A stretch of DNA of 64,000 nt from Octopus bimaculoides (GCF_001194135.2 NC_068981.1:131841338-131905337), one strand, 5' to 3'. Shown: positions 1 through 12,409, counted from the stretch's first letter. Notes: generated by a model not told the origin, from the sequence alone. Numbers and translations: made by a program.

Positions 1-261
1 ATAACACTACTTTTAATCATGTTTTGATTAGACAAATAACTTTTGAAAGGAAAGTTATAAAAATAAAATGATGTCACAAAATTAAAAATAAGCAAATAAA
101 ACTCTGTGAATTGGTGTACATGTGTGAAAGTAAGAAAATGGATGTATTAAAATAATAGATAAAAAGTTGTAATCACTGAAATAGTTTCACTTGTTCTGTT
201 GACATTTTGTTTCAGTTAGAATGCTTTCACCTGCACATAAAAAAATTTCATTCTCCATTCT

Positions 262-638
262 GTTGTTGTTGGCACTCCGTTGCTTACGACGTCGAGGGTT
301 CCAATTGATCCGATCAACGGAACAGCCTGCTCGTGAAATTAACGTGCAAGTGGCTGAGCACTCCACAGTCACGTGTACCCTTAACATAGTTCTTGAGGAG
401 ATTCAGTGTGACAAGGCTGACCCTTTGAATTACAGGCACAACAGAAACAGGAAGTAAGAGTGAGGGAAAGTTGTGGTGGAAGTGTACAGCAGGGTTCGCC
501 ACCATCCCCTGCCGGAGCCTCGTGGAGCTTTAGGTGTTTTCGTTCAATAAACACTCGCAACGTCCGGTCTGGGAATCGAAACCGCAATCCTATGACTGCG
601 AGTCCACTGCCCTAACCACTGGGCCATTGCGCCTCCAC
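262..638 (-). mobile_element. Full-length tRNA-derived SINE with target-site duplication
   Basis: The minus strand begins with a tRNA-like head (GTGGAGGCGCAATGGCCCAGTGGTTAGGGCAG...GGTTTCGATTCCC, A/B-box-like) and ends in (CAA)n. It is flanked by a 13-bp direct repeat CATTCTCCATTCT at 249-261 and 639-651. ORFs 187-587 fall inside it and are spurious. Confidence 0.85.
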
Positions 639-1225
639 CATTCTCCATTCTAGATCCAGCATAATTCTCGACATCATTGTTCTTTGTTTCAAATGTATTA
701 AAGTTTTTAGAAGAACAATAGTTTCAGTATTTCTTGGCTAAGTTACTCTCAGCAATAAACTTTTGTTTTGGATTTCATCTAGTCATCAAGAAAAGCATTA
801 CCTGCAGGTTCACTATTCATTTATGAGATACATGAATGATAGAGCTGTGAATCATAAGGTTTTCAAAGGGGATAATGTTTTGACTGTGTTAAAAATAGAG
901 TTAGAATTGGTAATGAGGTGGGTGAGGAATATAATATAGTTAACAAACAGGCAGGTATTCACCAAAGCTCTGTTCTTTGCTTAACCTTTTAAGCCAGCAT
1001 GGTTTCAGGATGTAGAACTTTGGGAAGTTTCTTTATGGCAATAATCTTATTCTCATCTTAGAAATCAAAGGATTTTAAGTTTAGAAGCTGGGAGTCTCTA
1101 AATTTAGGAGGCTTGATTGAGTCAGTCACTCAGTTTAGAAATTTTGAAAGGACTAATTGGATAGAATCACAAAATCTAAGAGGAAAAACCTTTACTTAGT
1201 GTGTGGGACTGAAAGACAGAGGTAC

Positions 1226-1570
1226 TTAACCCTCAGAACCTCAGTAGCTGCTATTTCAGCCACAGATGCAAATACTCCAGCAGCCGCTTTACCGGCCAAT
1301 ATTTTCTGCATTGGAAAACCAGTCAGCAACTGCTGGCTCGAGTGGCTCCACAAGCGCCAGTATTGGCGATAAAAAAACAAAACAAAAAAACAAGTGGTAA
1401 GGATAATGTTGCCCTCTATTTGGTATTTTATTTCAATATGAGAGACAGAAATCACATTTTAGTTATACTGAAGTAATATTAGGCAAGAAATCATTTTATT
1501 TGCTCTTTTACCCAGGGAACATGGGGTGAGGGTGTCCAGAACAACAGGCATCTAGGGTTCAAAGGGTTAA
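1226..1570. mobile_element. piggyBac-type MITE (TTAA TSD)
   Basis: TTAA-CCCTCAGAACC at the left end and GGTTCAAAGGG-TTAA at the right end: imperfect terminal inverted repeats with a TTAA duplication. Confidence 0.6.
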
Positions 1571-1796
1571 TATTGAGCAAGAAGCATAAACAGTACAGGA
1601 GGTTGATGGAAAGCTACAAGATTATTTATATAAATGAGTGTAGTAGAGATAATTGGTTTCTTGGAGACAGCAACATTGGCATTGTCTGAATGAATTTAAA
1701 CAGCACTGTTGACTCATACTACAATGAGAAAGCTTATCCAGAAAATTCTAATCCAGGAAGTTACTGTTGAAGAACATTAGACAATTTTACTTTTGC

Positions 1797-2018
1797 TAAA
1801 CCCTTTCGTTACCGTATTTATTTCGAGATGCTGTGTTTCTTTCAATTAATTTTAAATATAACAAAGAATTTAGTAAAATAACTTAGTTATCATTAAGCTG
1901 GTGTTAGGAACATAAATTATGGCTAAGCTTTGGTGGAAGATTTTAATTCAAGACTTATGAAAACAAGACACTACAGAGCCAGAGCCAATTTCAGCTGGGT
2001 TGGTATCAAAAGGGTTAA
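1797..2018. mobile_element. piggyBac-type MITE
   Basis: CCCTTTCGTTACC...GGTATCAAAAGGG-TTAA inverted termini; the left TSD is degenerate (TAAA). Confidence 0.55.
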
Positions 2019-2495
2019 AGGCAAGAAACTACTGAACTGTAATATAGACACCCTCAGTGAATCAATGGACATGACACTGCAGGATGTTTATATCATAATC
2101 ACTAAAAAGAAAAGTGTTTCTCTGTCTATCTATAAAACTTGGGTAGTAAACAGATAGGAGCTAATTTAGTTACTTCTGTCAAAAGGTTCATTTATCTAGC
2201 ACACATATGTTCTTACCAACATGATCACCTCTACTATGCACATGTACCAATTCTCTTAGCCTTATTTGGAAAATAACTTTGCATCTCGAATAAGTGATAT
2301 TCATTCCTTTTCATTTGCTGCAAATCCTCCACATTAATTGGCCAAGTTTTATTACCATGTGATACACTCTTCCTACATATACCTTATATGTTACTGCATT
2401 AGTTATTATTTTATTATATTTATTGCTTGTTTAAATATTTTTATTGCTGTAATTTCATTTTCAGTTATTTTTTTTTTGTTTTTTGTTTTAAATAG

Positions 2496-2530
2496 CAACC
2501 AAAGAAAAAATTAAAGGAAGCCAACCAAAT
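2496..2530 (+). CDS. CENPT: CENP-T-like gene, 35-nt candidate exon
   Basis: Long pyrimidine tract + TAG acceptor and GTAAGT donor; the phase-2 end fits the next exon. Confidence 0.55.
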
Positions 2531-5500
2531 GTAAGTTAACTGTTAAGATACTATATTTCAAGTGGAGAGTTACAAGTTTGTATTTTGTTACTGGTATGCC
2601 TGTGTCCTTAATAAGGCACTTATCTTGCAGAGGATATAAAATAGAGATCAACTTGATGTGCTAATTAGATAGAATTGTTGTTGTTGTTTATGCCCCAGGT
2701 CAGACCAATGAGAATCTCATTAATTCAGAGTTATAGAATTTTACATTCAAAGTGAGGAATTGATAATGTTAGACTGAATGCCTTTCTACATATATATTTT
2801 ATACATAAAAGTATTAGGTTATGTTGGGTAAAGAGGGGTTTTGAAAACCCATCATAAGTGTTCAGTTCACTTGTAATCTTTCAAGTTATAAAAATATAGT
2901 ATTTAATTTTGGTTTACAAGACCAATGTTTTATTTAAACTATTGTAATATTTATGATTATAAATAATTGTTTATAGGTTAGAAGATAGAAACTGAAAGAA
3001 GCCCATCGTGTGTGTGTCTTTGTATCAGTGTTTGTCCCCCACTGCTGCCGGTGTGCTTACATCCTCATAACTTAGCAATTCAGCAATAGAGACTGATAGA
3101 AGTACCAGGCTTAGAAATAAATATATAAGTACTAGAGTTGATCCATTCAACTAAAAATTATTCAAGGTGGTGCCCCAGCATGGCTGCAGTCTAATGACTG
3201 AAACAAATGAAATATGAAGACAACTGTGTAAAGAAGTGCCAATCTCTATCTGTGGAGGAGACCTGTGACAGAGGTAAAACCCAGGAAGACATGGGACGAG
3301 GTGGTGAAGTATGAACTTTGAATGTTGGGCCTCATGGAGGCGACGACAAGTGACCAGGAACTTTGGCAATATGCTGTGCTTGAGAAGACTCATCAAGCTA
3401 GGTGAAATCATAGTTGTGACTGATGCTGATGTCACACTAATAGCACCTGTGCCAGTGATACATAAAAGCACCCGTGCCGATGACACATAAAATGTACCCA
3501 TTACACTCTTGGAGTAGTTGGCATTAGGAAAGGCATCAAGCTGTAGAAACGATGCCAAGTTAGACTGGAACTTGATGCAGCTCTCTGGCTTACCAATTCC
3601 AGTCAAGCCATTTAACCCATGCCAGCATGGAAAGCATATACTAAATGATGATGATATATATATATATATAGATGTGGCTTATGCTGCAGCTGTTTTGCTT
3701 CTGACTAGTGTTTGTTGTTGGTGAATAGTCAGTCTATTTCTTAGAGTAAGCTTTGTTTGACCTATGTAATCTTCATTACATTCTTGACATTTGATACTAT
3801 ACAGGGTTATTCAAAAAGAATGAACCGATTTCATTATGCAATATTTTGATAAAGAAAAGCAATAGAAAACTTCAGCTAAGTCACAAGTATTTACTCAATT
3901 AACTTTTATTTCCTGTCTTACAACTGTTCAATGTGGCCACCACCTGTAGCATGGGTAACATCAATACAATAAGAGAATTCCTCCCAGACACATATCAGCA
4001 TATCAAAAGCAAGTTCATTATGGAACTAAAGAATAAATTTGCTTTACCTGAGGTGATTCCAGAAGATATTGACATAGAAGGGAAATGGAAAAACTTCGAT
4101 AAAGCATTCAACCAGATAGCCAAAAAAGTACTCGATGGATCGTGATATGCTGATATGTGTCTGGGAGGAATTCTCTTATCGCATTGGTGTTGATTGTGCT
4201 GTAGGTGGTGGTCAAATTGAACACTTGTAAGACAGGAAATAAAAGTTGATTGTGAGTTAATACTTGTGACTTAGCTGGAGTTTTCTATTGCTTTTCCTTA
4301 TCAAAATATTTTGTAATGAAATCGGTTTGTTCTTTTTGAATAACCCTGTATATTAAATTCCTTGAAGAACAAGTAAAGTGATTTTTTTAATGGTAAAAAT
4401 CTGTCCTGATTTGAATTTGTATGTTGTATCTTCAATAAGATTGATGCAAGTTCCACAATTGGGGTAGCTGTTGGTGTAGGAGTTGTGAGGAATTTTTTGA
4501 GAGACTTTGATTGTCTTTTAGTTTTGGTTATTTCGTGTATTTCGAATGCTTACATGGGAGTCCAGATATATGAACAATCAAAATTAAAATATGGCTTGAA
4601 CTTCCACAAATATCAACTAGAAAACTGGAAATGTTACTTAGATGACTGCCTAATCCAATGGATGTACACATTTCAACAACTTATAGATTTCAAAAACCTA
4701 ATCAACAGCATAAACAATAATATAAACTTCACCATGGAATACAGTAAAAGAGATAAAAACATTGAAACAGACATTCACTACAAACAAACAGATTCTAAAC
4801 AATGCTTACTGTTCTCTTTATGTCAGTCCAAACATACAAAGAATATTATTCCCTCTAATCTAGCAAGAAGAATCTGCACAATTGTCTCAAACCCTGAAAC
4901 TCGCAATAAAAGACTCCAGGAACTAAAACAAATACTACTTAAAAGACAATCTATAAAACATTGAAAGTCAGTTTGAGTCTGGCTTACTTATTTGTTTGCT
5001 TGCAAACCCAGCCAAACTGATACATAATGGGAAAATACTATCAATTAAGTTTACCCTGAAATGTTAATACGAATGGAATGAAACCAGTTTCACATAAATT
5101 GGAGCAGTAGTTATTGAGATATTTGGCGTTTGGGGGTATAAATACCCAAAACGGTGCATAATGGGAAAAGGTTCGGAATATGACTTCATCATTAAAAACA
5201 GTGATTTGACAACAAAAAAATATTTTGTTTTTTTTACAGTGAATGTTTCTATTTTCACTTTTGTTACACATAATATTTTAATCATTTAGAAATATTTTTA
5301 AGTGAATGTAATTTCAAAAATATTGTTTGTACAGTAAGTATTTACAAAATAAACAATATTTTAATGTTTTTTAAAGTTATTTTCAAGTGAATATCATTGC
5401 AAAAAATTTTTTTTGCCATATTTAAAAAATATTTTAAAGTGAAAATAACTTTAAAAATATGGTAAATATTTTGTAAAAGACCCATTCATAACCTCAGTGG

Positions 5501-8500
5501 GAAATAATTTTTTTCCATAGGTTTTTTTTCGAGTGCATTGAATGTATCTCGCCTCCAAAGATTTGGCTGCTATTTCTAGCATACCCTGCTACCACATAAC
5601 AGCTATTTGTGATAAAGGACCCAAAATACCTGTTACATGGTAGCAGGGCATGCAAGAAATAGCAGCCAAATCTTTCCTTTTCTGGGGAAAGGAGCCGTTT
5701 ATGTATGATTTCGATGTCACATTCAGTGAAAGCATATGAAATAACCTGGAAAAGAAAAAACTCATGAAATAAAACTTTGTTGCTGGGAAACTCAGAGTTT
5801 CCTGGTGACCCAATGGGTCATGGGTAGTTTAGTATCCATTAAAGTTAATAGAAAACTGAATAGAACGTGCCAAGGTAATAAATATCCAAAATCTATGAAA
5901 AACGAAAAATGCTCCAGATGCATCCAATAATTTACATAACCCAAGAAATAAAGAGGTTTACAATATTATCCCACTACTAAGACAAGCCAGCCCTCAGCCA
6001 AACTGTCCAACCCAAGCCAGATGGAAAGCAGACATTAAACAACGATGATGATGATGATTTTCAGATCCCTCACTGTATGTAGTTTTTACCTAATTTTTTC
6101 CTACTCAGATTAAATCCCTCTGGGCTTTTACATCCAACTATTAATCTTCTACAAATCGAGCAGAACTTGAATTTCATTTAATTTATCCATTTAGCCTATC
6201 AGTTTCTGTCAGTTTATAAAGAATGTGAAAAAGGGTTATGGGTACTGCTTCATCCACTTCAGACTAATAAATGAAACCCCTTTGGAATTAAGATTATATA
6301 AAACTTTTTCCCCATCACTTATTTTCATTGTTTAACTCCAGGTCAACCATAATCAAGTCGATCTTATAATCAAAAGCATTCTAGCCATGAAATGTGTGTT
6401 TTAAATTATACTAGCAGAAATATCCAGCGTTGCCTGGATTAAAGAAAATAATGAAATTCGAAAATGCCTTTTAGATCTCTAGCATGACACATGGATTATG
6501 CAGTTCTCAACAGTAATTAGCTGAGGTACAAACTATTAATGTCAATAACATATTTTGTCCAATGTTCTCACTGTTAAAATTGTTAAAAAAAACAGGTAGT
6601 TCTTTGTCTTTGCAATCACCTTCAATTTTCAGTACTTATTTGAAACACATTGAACCTGAAAATGCATAAACTTGGGAAGAACCAGCCTGCAGGCNNNNNN
6701 NNNNNNNNNNNNNNNNNNNNNNNNNNNNNNNNNNNNNNNNNNNNNNNNNNNNNNNNNNNNNNNNNNNNNNNNNNNNNNNNNNNNNNNNNNNNNNNNNNNN
6801 NNNNNNNNNNNNNNNNNNNNNNNNNNNNNNNNNNNNNNNNNNNNNNNNNNNNNNNNNNNNNNNNNNNNNNNNNNNNNNNNNNNNNNNNNNNNNNNNNNNN
6901 NNNNNNNNNNNNNNNNNNNNNNNNNNNNNNNNNNNNNNNNNNNNNNNNNNNNNNNNNNNNNNNNNNNNNNNNNNNNNNNNNNNNNNNNNNNNNNNNNNNN
7001 NNNNNNNNNNNNNNNNNNNNNNNNNNNNNNNNNNNNNNNNNNNNNNNNNNNNNNNNNNNNNNNNNNNNNNNNNNNNNNNNNNNNNNNNNNNNNNNNNNNN
7101 NNNNNNTCTTTATTGTGCTGGTTTTTCGTAAAATTTCGCACATGGGAAAGGCAACCAAATCACCCCTCCCCACTTTGAATAGGATATTCTTATCTTAAAA
7201 AGTAATAATCGATTATCTCGGTAACCATGGGAGTTGGAGGGCAATAAAAATCTCCTGAACATGAGCGGACCATGCTGCCACTCTGTGCTGAATTTCACGC
7301 GATTCCACTGCACCGTTCTCGAGTGAATCCGCCGACACTCAATCAATCAATCAATCAAGCAAGCAAGCAAGCAAGCAAGCAATCAAGAACACTGCAATTT
7401 ATAGTATAGATTATTTAATATATCATTGCCTTGTTTATGATAGTGGGGAAGGAGAATGAGATTTTAGCTGCTGTTTCTAGCAGGTCATGTGACCTTGTAA
7501 AAGCTCCATTGTACATCTGTCTTTTTACTTGTAAAAGCACTGGTGTGTTTCTCTTTCAATGAGTGCTTTTTCTAGAAATTCTTATAGAGTAGATTTATTC
7601 TGTTATGGCTTTATTTATTTGTGTCTATTTTCTTTATTCAAATTATTGCAGAGCAAGAAGAAAACAGAAAGAGTATGCTGTACCTCCCCAAGTGACAGCT
7701 TCCATACTCAATCATTATACAAAGATGGTTTTCCCACCTTCCTGTCATGATGTATTAGGTTTAATGTAAGTCTACTTTTGACTCATTTTACTCAATCGTC
7801 GTTTTTTGCTACTGAAATGCATTACCACATTTATTGCACAACTTTGAGACTTATTCTATGCTAATGGAAGAAAGCCAGGTGTCTTCTCTGACTCCTTCCA
7901 TCTTTTTTCCTCACATCAAAATCATAGAGGGAATATGTTTGCATGCTTATTTCACTCACAGCTTGGCTTTGCATTATTGACATATATTTCACTTCTCCTG
8001 ATTCAGGCTGTGTTATACATATATATATATATATATATAATNNNNNNNNNNNNNNNNNNNNNNNNNNNNNNNNNNNNNNNNNNNNNNNNNNNNNNNNNNN
8101 NNNNNNNNNNNNNNNNNNNNNNNNNNNNNNNNNNNNNNNNNATATATATATATATATATATATATATATTGCATATATATATATATATATTTATTATGCA
8201 ATTGAACGCGACACATCCATTTCCAAGTATATATAAAGACTAAAGCATGAAAAATACATTTTATGAACATAGATGTTGATAATAATACGAATATAATGAA
8301 TTCATAATATAATAATATATGCATTATCATTCAATTCCCACGTGCAATTCATCTGACTTAGTCCCAAAAATAATAATTTATTTGAGAATGAAACAGTTGT
8401 AACTACAAAATTGAAAATAATACCATAAATTCTAGTCTTTGCTTTAATATATCCATACTTTGCAGCTAATATACTTGACCAAGAATTTCAACTTGTTTGT

Positions 8501-11500
8501 ATAGTTTTTCTCCTTAAAAATAAAACATTTGCATGCATATAGTTTGTGTGTTTAAGTATATGCTTATACATAGATGCACACACACAAGCATGTATATGAT
8601 GCAAACTGTAAAAACACAACAGATGATTGTGTCTATAATTTAAAGTCCAGCCTTGTCACGTTGTATCACTGATTCCAGCTGACAATTGCATTTAGATTAA
8701 ACATATCTGGAATACTCAGCCACTTACATACTATTTCAACAAACACCATTCAGTTGATTGAACAACTGAATACTCGTCATTGACAAACCTAATAAATATA
8801 CATGTTTTATAGATCTCCATCAGTTTCAATGTCCACCACATTACAAAAGTTAAATTTTATCAGTGATTTTGTCAATTTGACAAATGCAGTTTGAAATTGT
8901 TCAATCTTAGTTATTTCTTCATTGAAATATAACATTTGTGGTACTAAAACTGCATCTTATTTCAGTTAACCTTATGTAATACGCGCTTTACTAAGACTAA
9001 CAGTGTAAGACCTCTTTAGTTTTCCTTATCAAGTATATCTCCTTTAGCTTTACAATAACATTACTATACTTGCTTTGTTTGATTGAGTAATTAGCACATG
9101 ACCATTTTGTTTTATTGGTCATAAGCATTTAAAGGTTTGAGGAACCTGCAGTTTTCTCTGCCTTGTTATCTACACTTTAGCTAACCTCTATAGTCGGCTT
9201 GTGTTGATTCCACTTGATATAGCAAATACCACTTATTAGCATTCATACTTCTCTTGCATATGACACTGAAGTGACATTATCTTACTTCTTCCACTGCCAT
9301 TGGGAGCAAATGTGACATCATCATTACAGACATACATCTTCCAACATAAAAGCATTGTACAGTTTGTATTTTTGTATGTATGTGTACACTCACACACACA
9401 TAAAAATATCGTTTCTGTTCTTTTATAAACCATTATAATTCTCACAATTCCTTTTATTATCAATTAATTTTTTCACTTTTTCTATTTTTTCTTCAGATCC
9501 AATGATTATTTTGATAACTTATTTGCTACCCTGTCTTCATATTCTCGTAAACAAAGAAGATTAACAATCTGTCAGTCAGATGTAGAGCTCTATTTTAAAA
9601 AGTAACTCATTTTCCTTTCTCTTTTTACTTTTTGTTTTACATTCATTTCTTCATTTGGCAGAGGGATGTTTTGCAAACAGCATTTTTGATATTTGCAGTA
9701 CTTAACATCAAATAGAACAGGCATTTTAATAACAAGCTAACATGGCTGTGTTTCATTTTAAGTATTGCACACAGCATTCTTGTGTGTGCAGTACTTAACT
9801 AAAGACTTTTGCAGGGTAGACTTCAAGATCCAACATTCACAACTATATAACAAAACAGATTCTACTGTTGCTAAGCTTAATATGTTAAGGAAAGTTGGAG
9901 TTTCATACATTGACTGTGCCATACAAAGCCTTCCATGCAGTTGCCTTCTTCACTTTGAGTTTTTGTTTTGACACGTTGACTCAAGACCCAAGTATTTGAA
10001 GTCTTTGAATTCTGTCAGAGCAGTGCCTCCTGTAGTTATTAGAAGTGAATGGTCCAGGAGGATATTGTAGCAATGACGTTCATTTTCATGACATTGAACC
10101 AAAGGCTAGCCTCACACTCTCTGCTTGAAAGCTCCTGTACCTGCTCTATGCAGTTAAACAGCAGGCTGATGACATCTATATAGTCCATGTCTGTGAGGAC
10201 TACAGAAGGGAGTCATCTTGACCTGTTAGGCATGATTGTGAAAATTGGGTTCAGGACCTGTGAAATTATATTCATTGCTCTGAACTCTACTACAAATATG
10301 TTGGTGTTATTAAGTTGTCTCAGTCACCTCTGCATGAGAAAACCAGTATTATAGAGGTAGCTAATCAAGTATTTGAATACAACTAATAAATCTTGCACCT
10401 TAGACTTACATGCTTCAATCTGAGGAATAGCCCCTCTCAGACTAGCTAGAGTTTTACAGGTTTTTGTTTATAGAGAAAACAAAGGTAAGAAGTTGAATTT
10501 CTCATTTTTTTCCCTTAGAAAGAAAGGCTGGGTAAAAGGTTTAGTATTGGGTTTCAATAATTAGAAACAATAGATCTGATAAGAGGTGGCTATATCATAT
10601 AGGTTTGGCTATGTGATTCAGTATTGTATAGTGATTGACTATAAGAAGCAGCCAAGGCAAACTGCATGTGTTTTGTATCTTACAACAAAGGTGAGATGAA
10701 CACAGCTTGGTTTTCAATTGACCAATGAAATTCAGCTCACTAACCATTATATTGTAACCTTGGGTGAAATACTTAACTCTGTCTCATCATACACTTTTTG
10801 TTTCTTTGAAATATCAGGAAGATACTGGGTTGATTCAGTTGACTGAATCTCCTCCCTACAAAAATGGCCTTGTATTTTGGAAACAGAGATTGTTCTTTAT
10901 TGTTAGAGATTGTTTAACCCTTTAGCGTCCAGATTACTATGTCAAATGTTCTGCTTATTTATTTACATTGTCTTGAATTAATCATGCATTATCCTGTAGC
11001 TTCGAGATTTTGATGTAGTAATTAGTTAGAATGACATATTAGTGTAGGTTTCAGGGGCCAGATCTGATTGGACCGAGCATAAAACAGGTAGAGTATTTGG
11101 GACTGACACAGCTGGTTTAAATACTAAAGGGTTAATAATAATAATGCTGATGTGGGAATGATGATAATCTGTAGTATCTCAAGTTGTGCCTCAATAAAAT
11201 TGTTACTTATCATAAACTGATTTAATTCAAGCATTTATATTCTCTCCTCCTTTTTCTCCTATATTCTCTTTTTTCATTTTCTCCAACATTAACTTTGTGT
11301 TAAGCTTAAGGAAATTGTTATTATTTATTCATTAAAATAATATTACTTGGCAAATGAAACTATTCTGTCTGGTTCCCAATTGACAATGTTTTGTGTCAGT
11401 TAACTTTCTACTTCCATGACTTCCAATTCCAAAAAAATCAAACTTTATGATGCATTTATAAAATTTATATAATGCTGCAGCATTATGTTTCATTATTTCA

Positions 11501-12409
11501 CCCATTGAGTTATAAACAATGATGTATAGTGATAAGTTTGCAGTGAGCTTTGTTCAAAACTAGAAAAGGCATTTAATTTTCAGTTCCTTATAAATTCAAA
11601 CTCTCATGTTATGCTGATTATGAATAGTCAAGCCATAGAAACAGATATATGATGTGCAGCCCTTTGCCTGTCTTGTGTGTCATATGTGATACACAAGACA
11701 TATTTCCCTGGCACCCATGCATCATATGTGATGCACATTCTGATACACTCCTCACTGTATTAAAAATTATTTATGATGTGCTCTGTGGATCACATATGAT
11801 ACACATGTTTTTATTCCATCATCACATGTTACCCGCCAACTAAACCAGATTAACCTTCAGTAACTAAAAGTCTGAAAACAAGCATGGGCGTTCAAGACTA
11901 ACTTATGATAATGCTTTGAACAGGCACAAGATTAATATTCCGTCTGTATGAAAAAAAAATTATATTTCTTTCCATTACTTCCTTATGTATGTCTTACTGT
12001 AATTTTTTTACTCACTCTTGTCTTATTATAGTAATAATGAAATTATTGTGTCTAGTGCTCAGGTGCATGTACAGTACATAGAATTATGTACAAAGTACAT
12101 CACAATCTGCACAGACATAAGCATTGAAATAACTTAGACTTTTTAATTAGTGTTTCACTACCTTGACATACATTTGCACACATAAATATATACCATTCAG
12201 CTCTTTTTAACATTTCAGTTAATTATTATTTCAGTGTTGGATTCACCAATGAACACACATCACTCAACTCCTTAATTCGAGAACACTTGTCGCTGGTGGA
12301 TCAACAAAAGCTAATACCTGTTGCTCGAGCTGTCATACCAAGCAAGAACTCTAAACGCAAAAGTAAAACAAGAGATTCAACCAACATTTCTGCTTCTACT
12401 TCTAAATGA
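2496..12409 (+). CDS. CENPT: CENP-T-like centromere protein, 3' portion (histone-fold domain); 5' exons not identified or outside the window
   Basis: Exons 2496-2530, 7652-7765, 9497-9601 and 12235-12409 join in phase with GT-AG ends. Translation: QPKKKLKEANQIARRKQKEYAVPPQVTASILNHYTKMVFPPSCHDVLGLISNDYFDNLFATLSSYSRKQRRLTICQSDVELYFKNVGFTNEHTSLNSLIREHLSLVDQQKLIPVARAVIPSKNSKRKSKTRDSTNISASTSK*. This parallels the recalled vertebrate CENP-T C-terminus (F..YAKM...YF..L..DL..FA.HAGRKTV...D.ELLMRRQG......SL..L...HLPLE.RQ.LIP). Confidence 0.72.
2985..3215 (+). mobile_element. 3' half of abundant SINE (same family as 20112-20484)
   Basis: GGAAACTGAAAGAAGCCC-like start through CCAGCATGGC.GCAGT..AATGACTGAAACAA matches the full copy at 20112. 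Confidence 0.7.
3222..3655 (+). mobile_element. 5'-truncated RTE-clade LINE 3' end with (GAT)n tail
   Basis: C-terminal coding remnant (CVKKC.SL.V...RG.P..TW-like, frameshifted), then the 3' UTR shared with 40190-40470, 54115-54336 and others, ending GATGATGAT. Confidence 0.65.
3802..4348. mobile_element. Fold-back Tc1/mariner-derived MITE with ~200-bp inverted arms and TA TSD
   Basis: TA-CAGGGTTATTCAAAAAGAA...TTCTTTTTGAATAACCCTG-TA; arms 3802-4004 and 4144-4348. The right arm encodes DMLICVWEEFSYRIGVDCAVGGGQIEHL*, a Tc1/mariner transposase C-terminus. Confidence 0.8.
4540..4964 (+). mobile_element. Penelope-like element reverse transcriptase fragment (degenerate)
   Basis: WKCYLDDCLIQW (RYxDD-like), INFTMEYS, DIHYKQTDSKQ.L.FS, IPSNLARRICTIVS are typical PLE RT/thumb motifs. 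Confidence 0.75.
5557..5675. repeat. 46-bp inverted repeat (42/46 identity) with 27-nt spacer
   Basis: Arms 5557-5602 and 5630-5675, compared by eye. Confidence 0.8.
6409..7411 (+). mobile_element. Helitron/Helentron-like non-autonomous element spanning an assembly gap
   Basis: Begins TACTAGCAG...CAGCGTTGCCTGG and ends with AATTTCACGCGATTCC, a (CAAT)/(CAAG) microsatellite and TTATAGTATAGAT, resembling DINE/HINE-type termini. The interior is partly N. Confidence 0.45.
6695..7106. other. Assembly gap (N run)
   Basis: Ns. Other gaps: 8042-8141, 21416-21755, 38448-38469, 38753-38762, 46676-47015. X-rich ORFs in the track are artefacts of these gaps. Confidence 0.99.
7652..7765 (+). CDS. CENPT: CENP-T-like gene exon (start of histone fold)
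   Basis: TTGCAG acceptor, GTAAGT donor; encodes ARRKQKEYAVPPQVTASILNHYTKMVFPPSCHDVLGL. Confidence 0.75.
8648..8782 (+). mobile_element. Degenerate 3' fragment of the 262-638 SINE family
   Basis: CAGCCTTGTCAC...CTCAGCCACTT...GTTGAT similarity to the reverse complement of 262-420. Confidence 0.45.
9497..9601 (+). CDS. CENPT: CENP-T-like gene exon (histone-fold helix 2-3)
   Basis: TTCTTCAG acceptor, GTAACT donor; encodes SNDYFDNLFATLSSYSRKQRRLTICQSDVELYFK. Confidence 0.78.
9770..10480 (-). mobile_element. Decayed RTE-like LINE RT fragment
   Basis: Minus-strand frames give DMDYIDVISLL, EFKDFKYLGS and KKATAWKAL with multiple stops; similar to 27540-28230. Confidence 0.6.
10914..11135. mobile_element. 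piggyBac-type MITE (TTAA TSD)
   Basis: TTAA-CCCTTTAGC...TACTAAAGGG-TTAA; same family as 23018-23589 and 40882-41101. Confidence 0.7.
12235..12409 (+). CDS. CENPT: CENP-T-like gene terminal coding exon
   Basis: TTTCAG acceptor; encodes VGFTNEHTSLNSLIREHLSLVDQQKLIPVA...STSK, with TGA at 12407-12409. Confidence 0.78.

Noticed and set aside
221-457. ORF resembling an Ig/nectin-like exon (EINVQVAEHSTVTCTL) with a GTAAG donor
   Set aside because: Almost all of it lies within a SINE bounded by a 13-bp TSD.
1260-1396. GC-richer segment with AG/GT ends as a possible upstream CENP-T exon
   Set aside because: No open frame ends in phase 0 to join 2496, and it lies inside a TTAA-flanked MITE.
6622-7198. 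Long ORFs across 6.6-7.2 kb (also 8.0-8.3, 21.4-21.8 and 46.6-47.2 kb)
   Set aside because: Artefacts of N runs translated as X.
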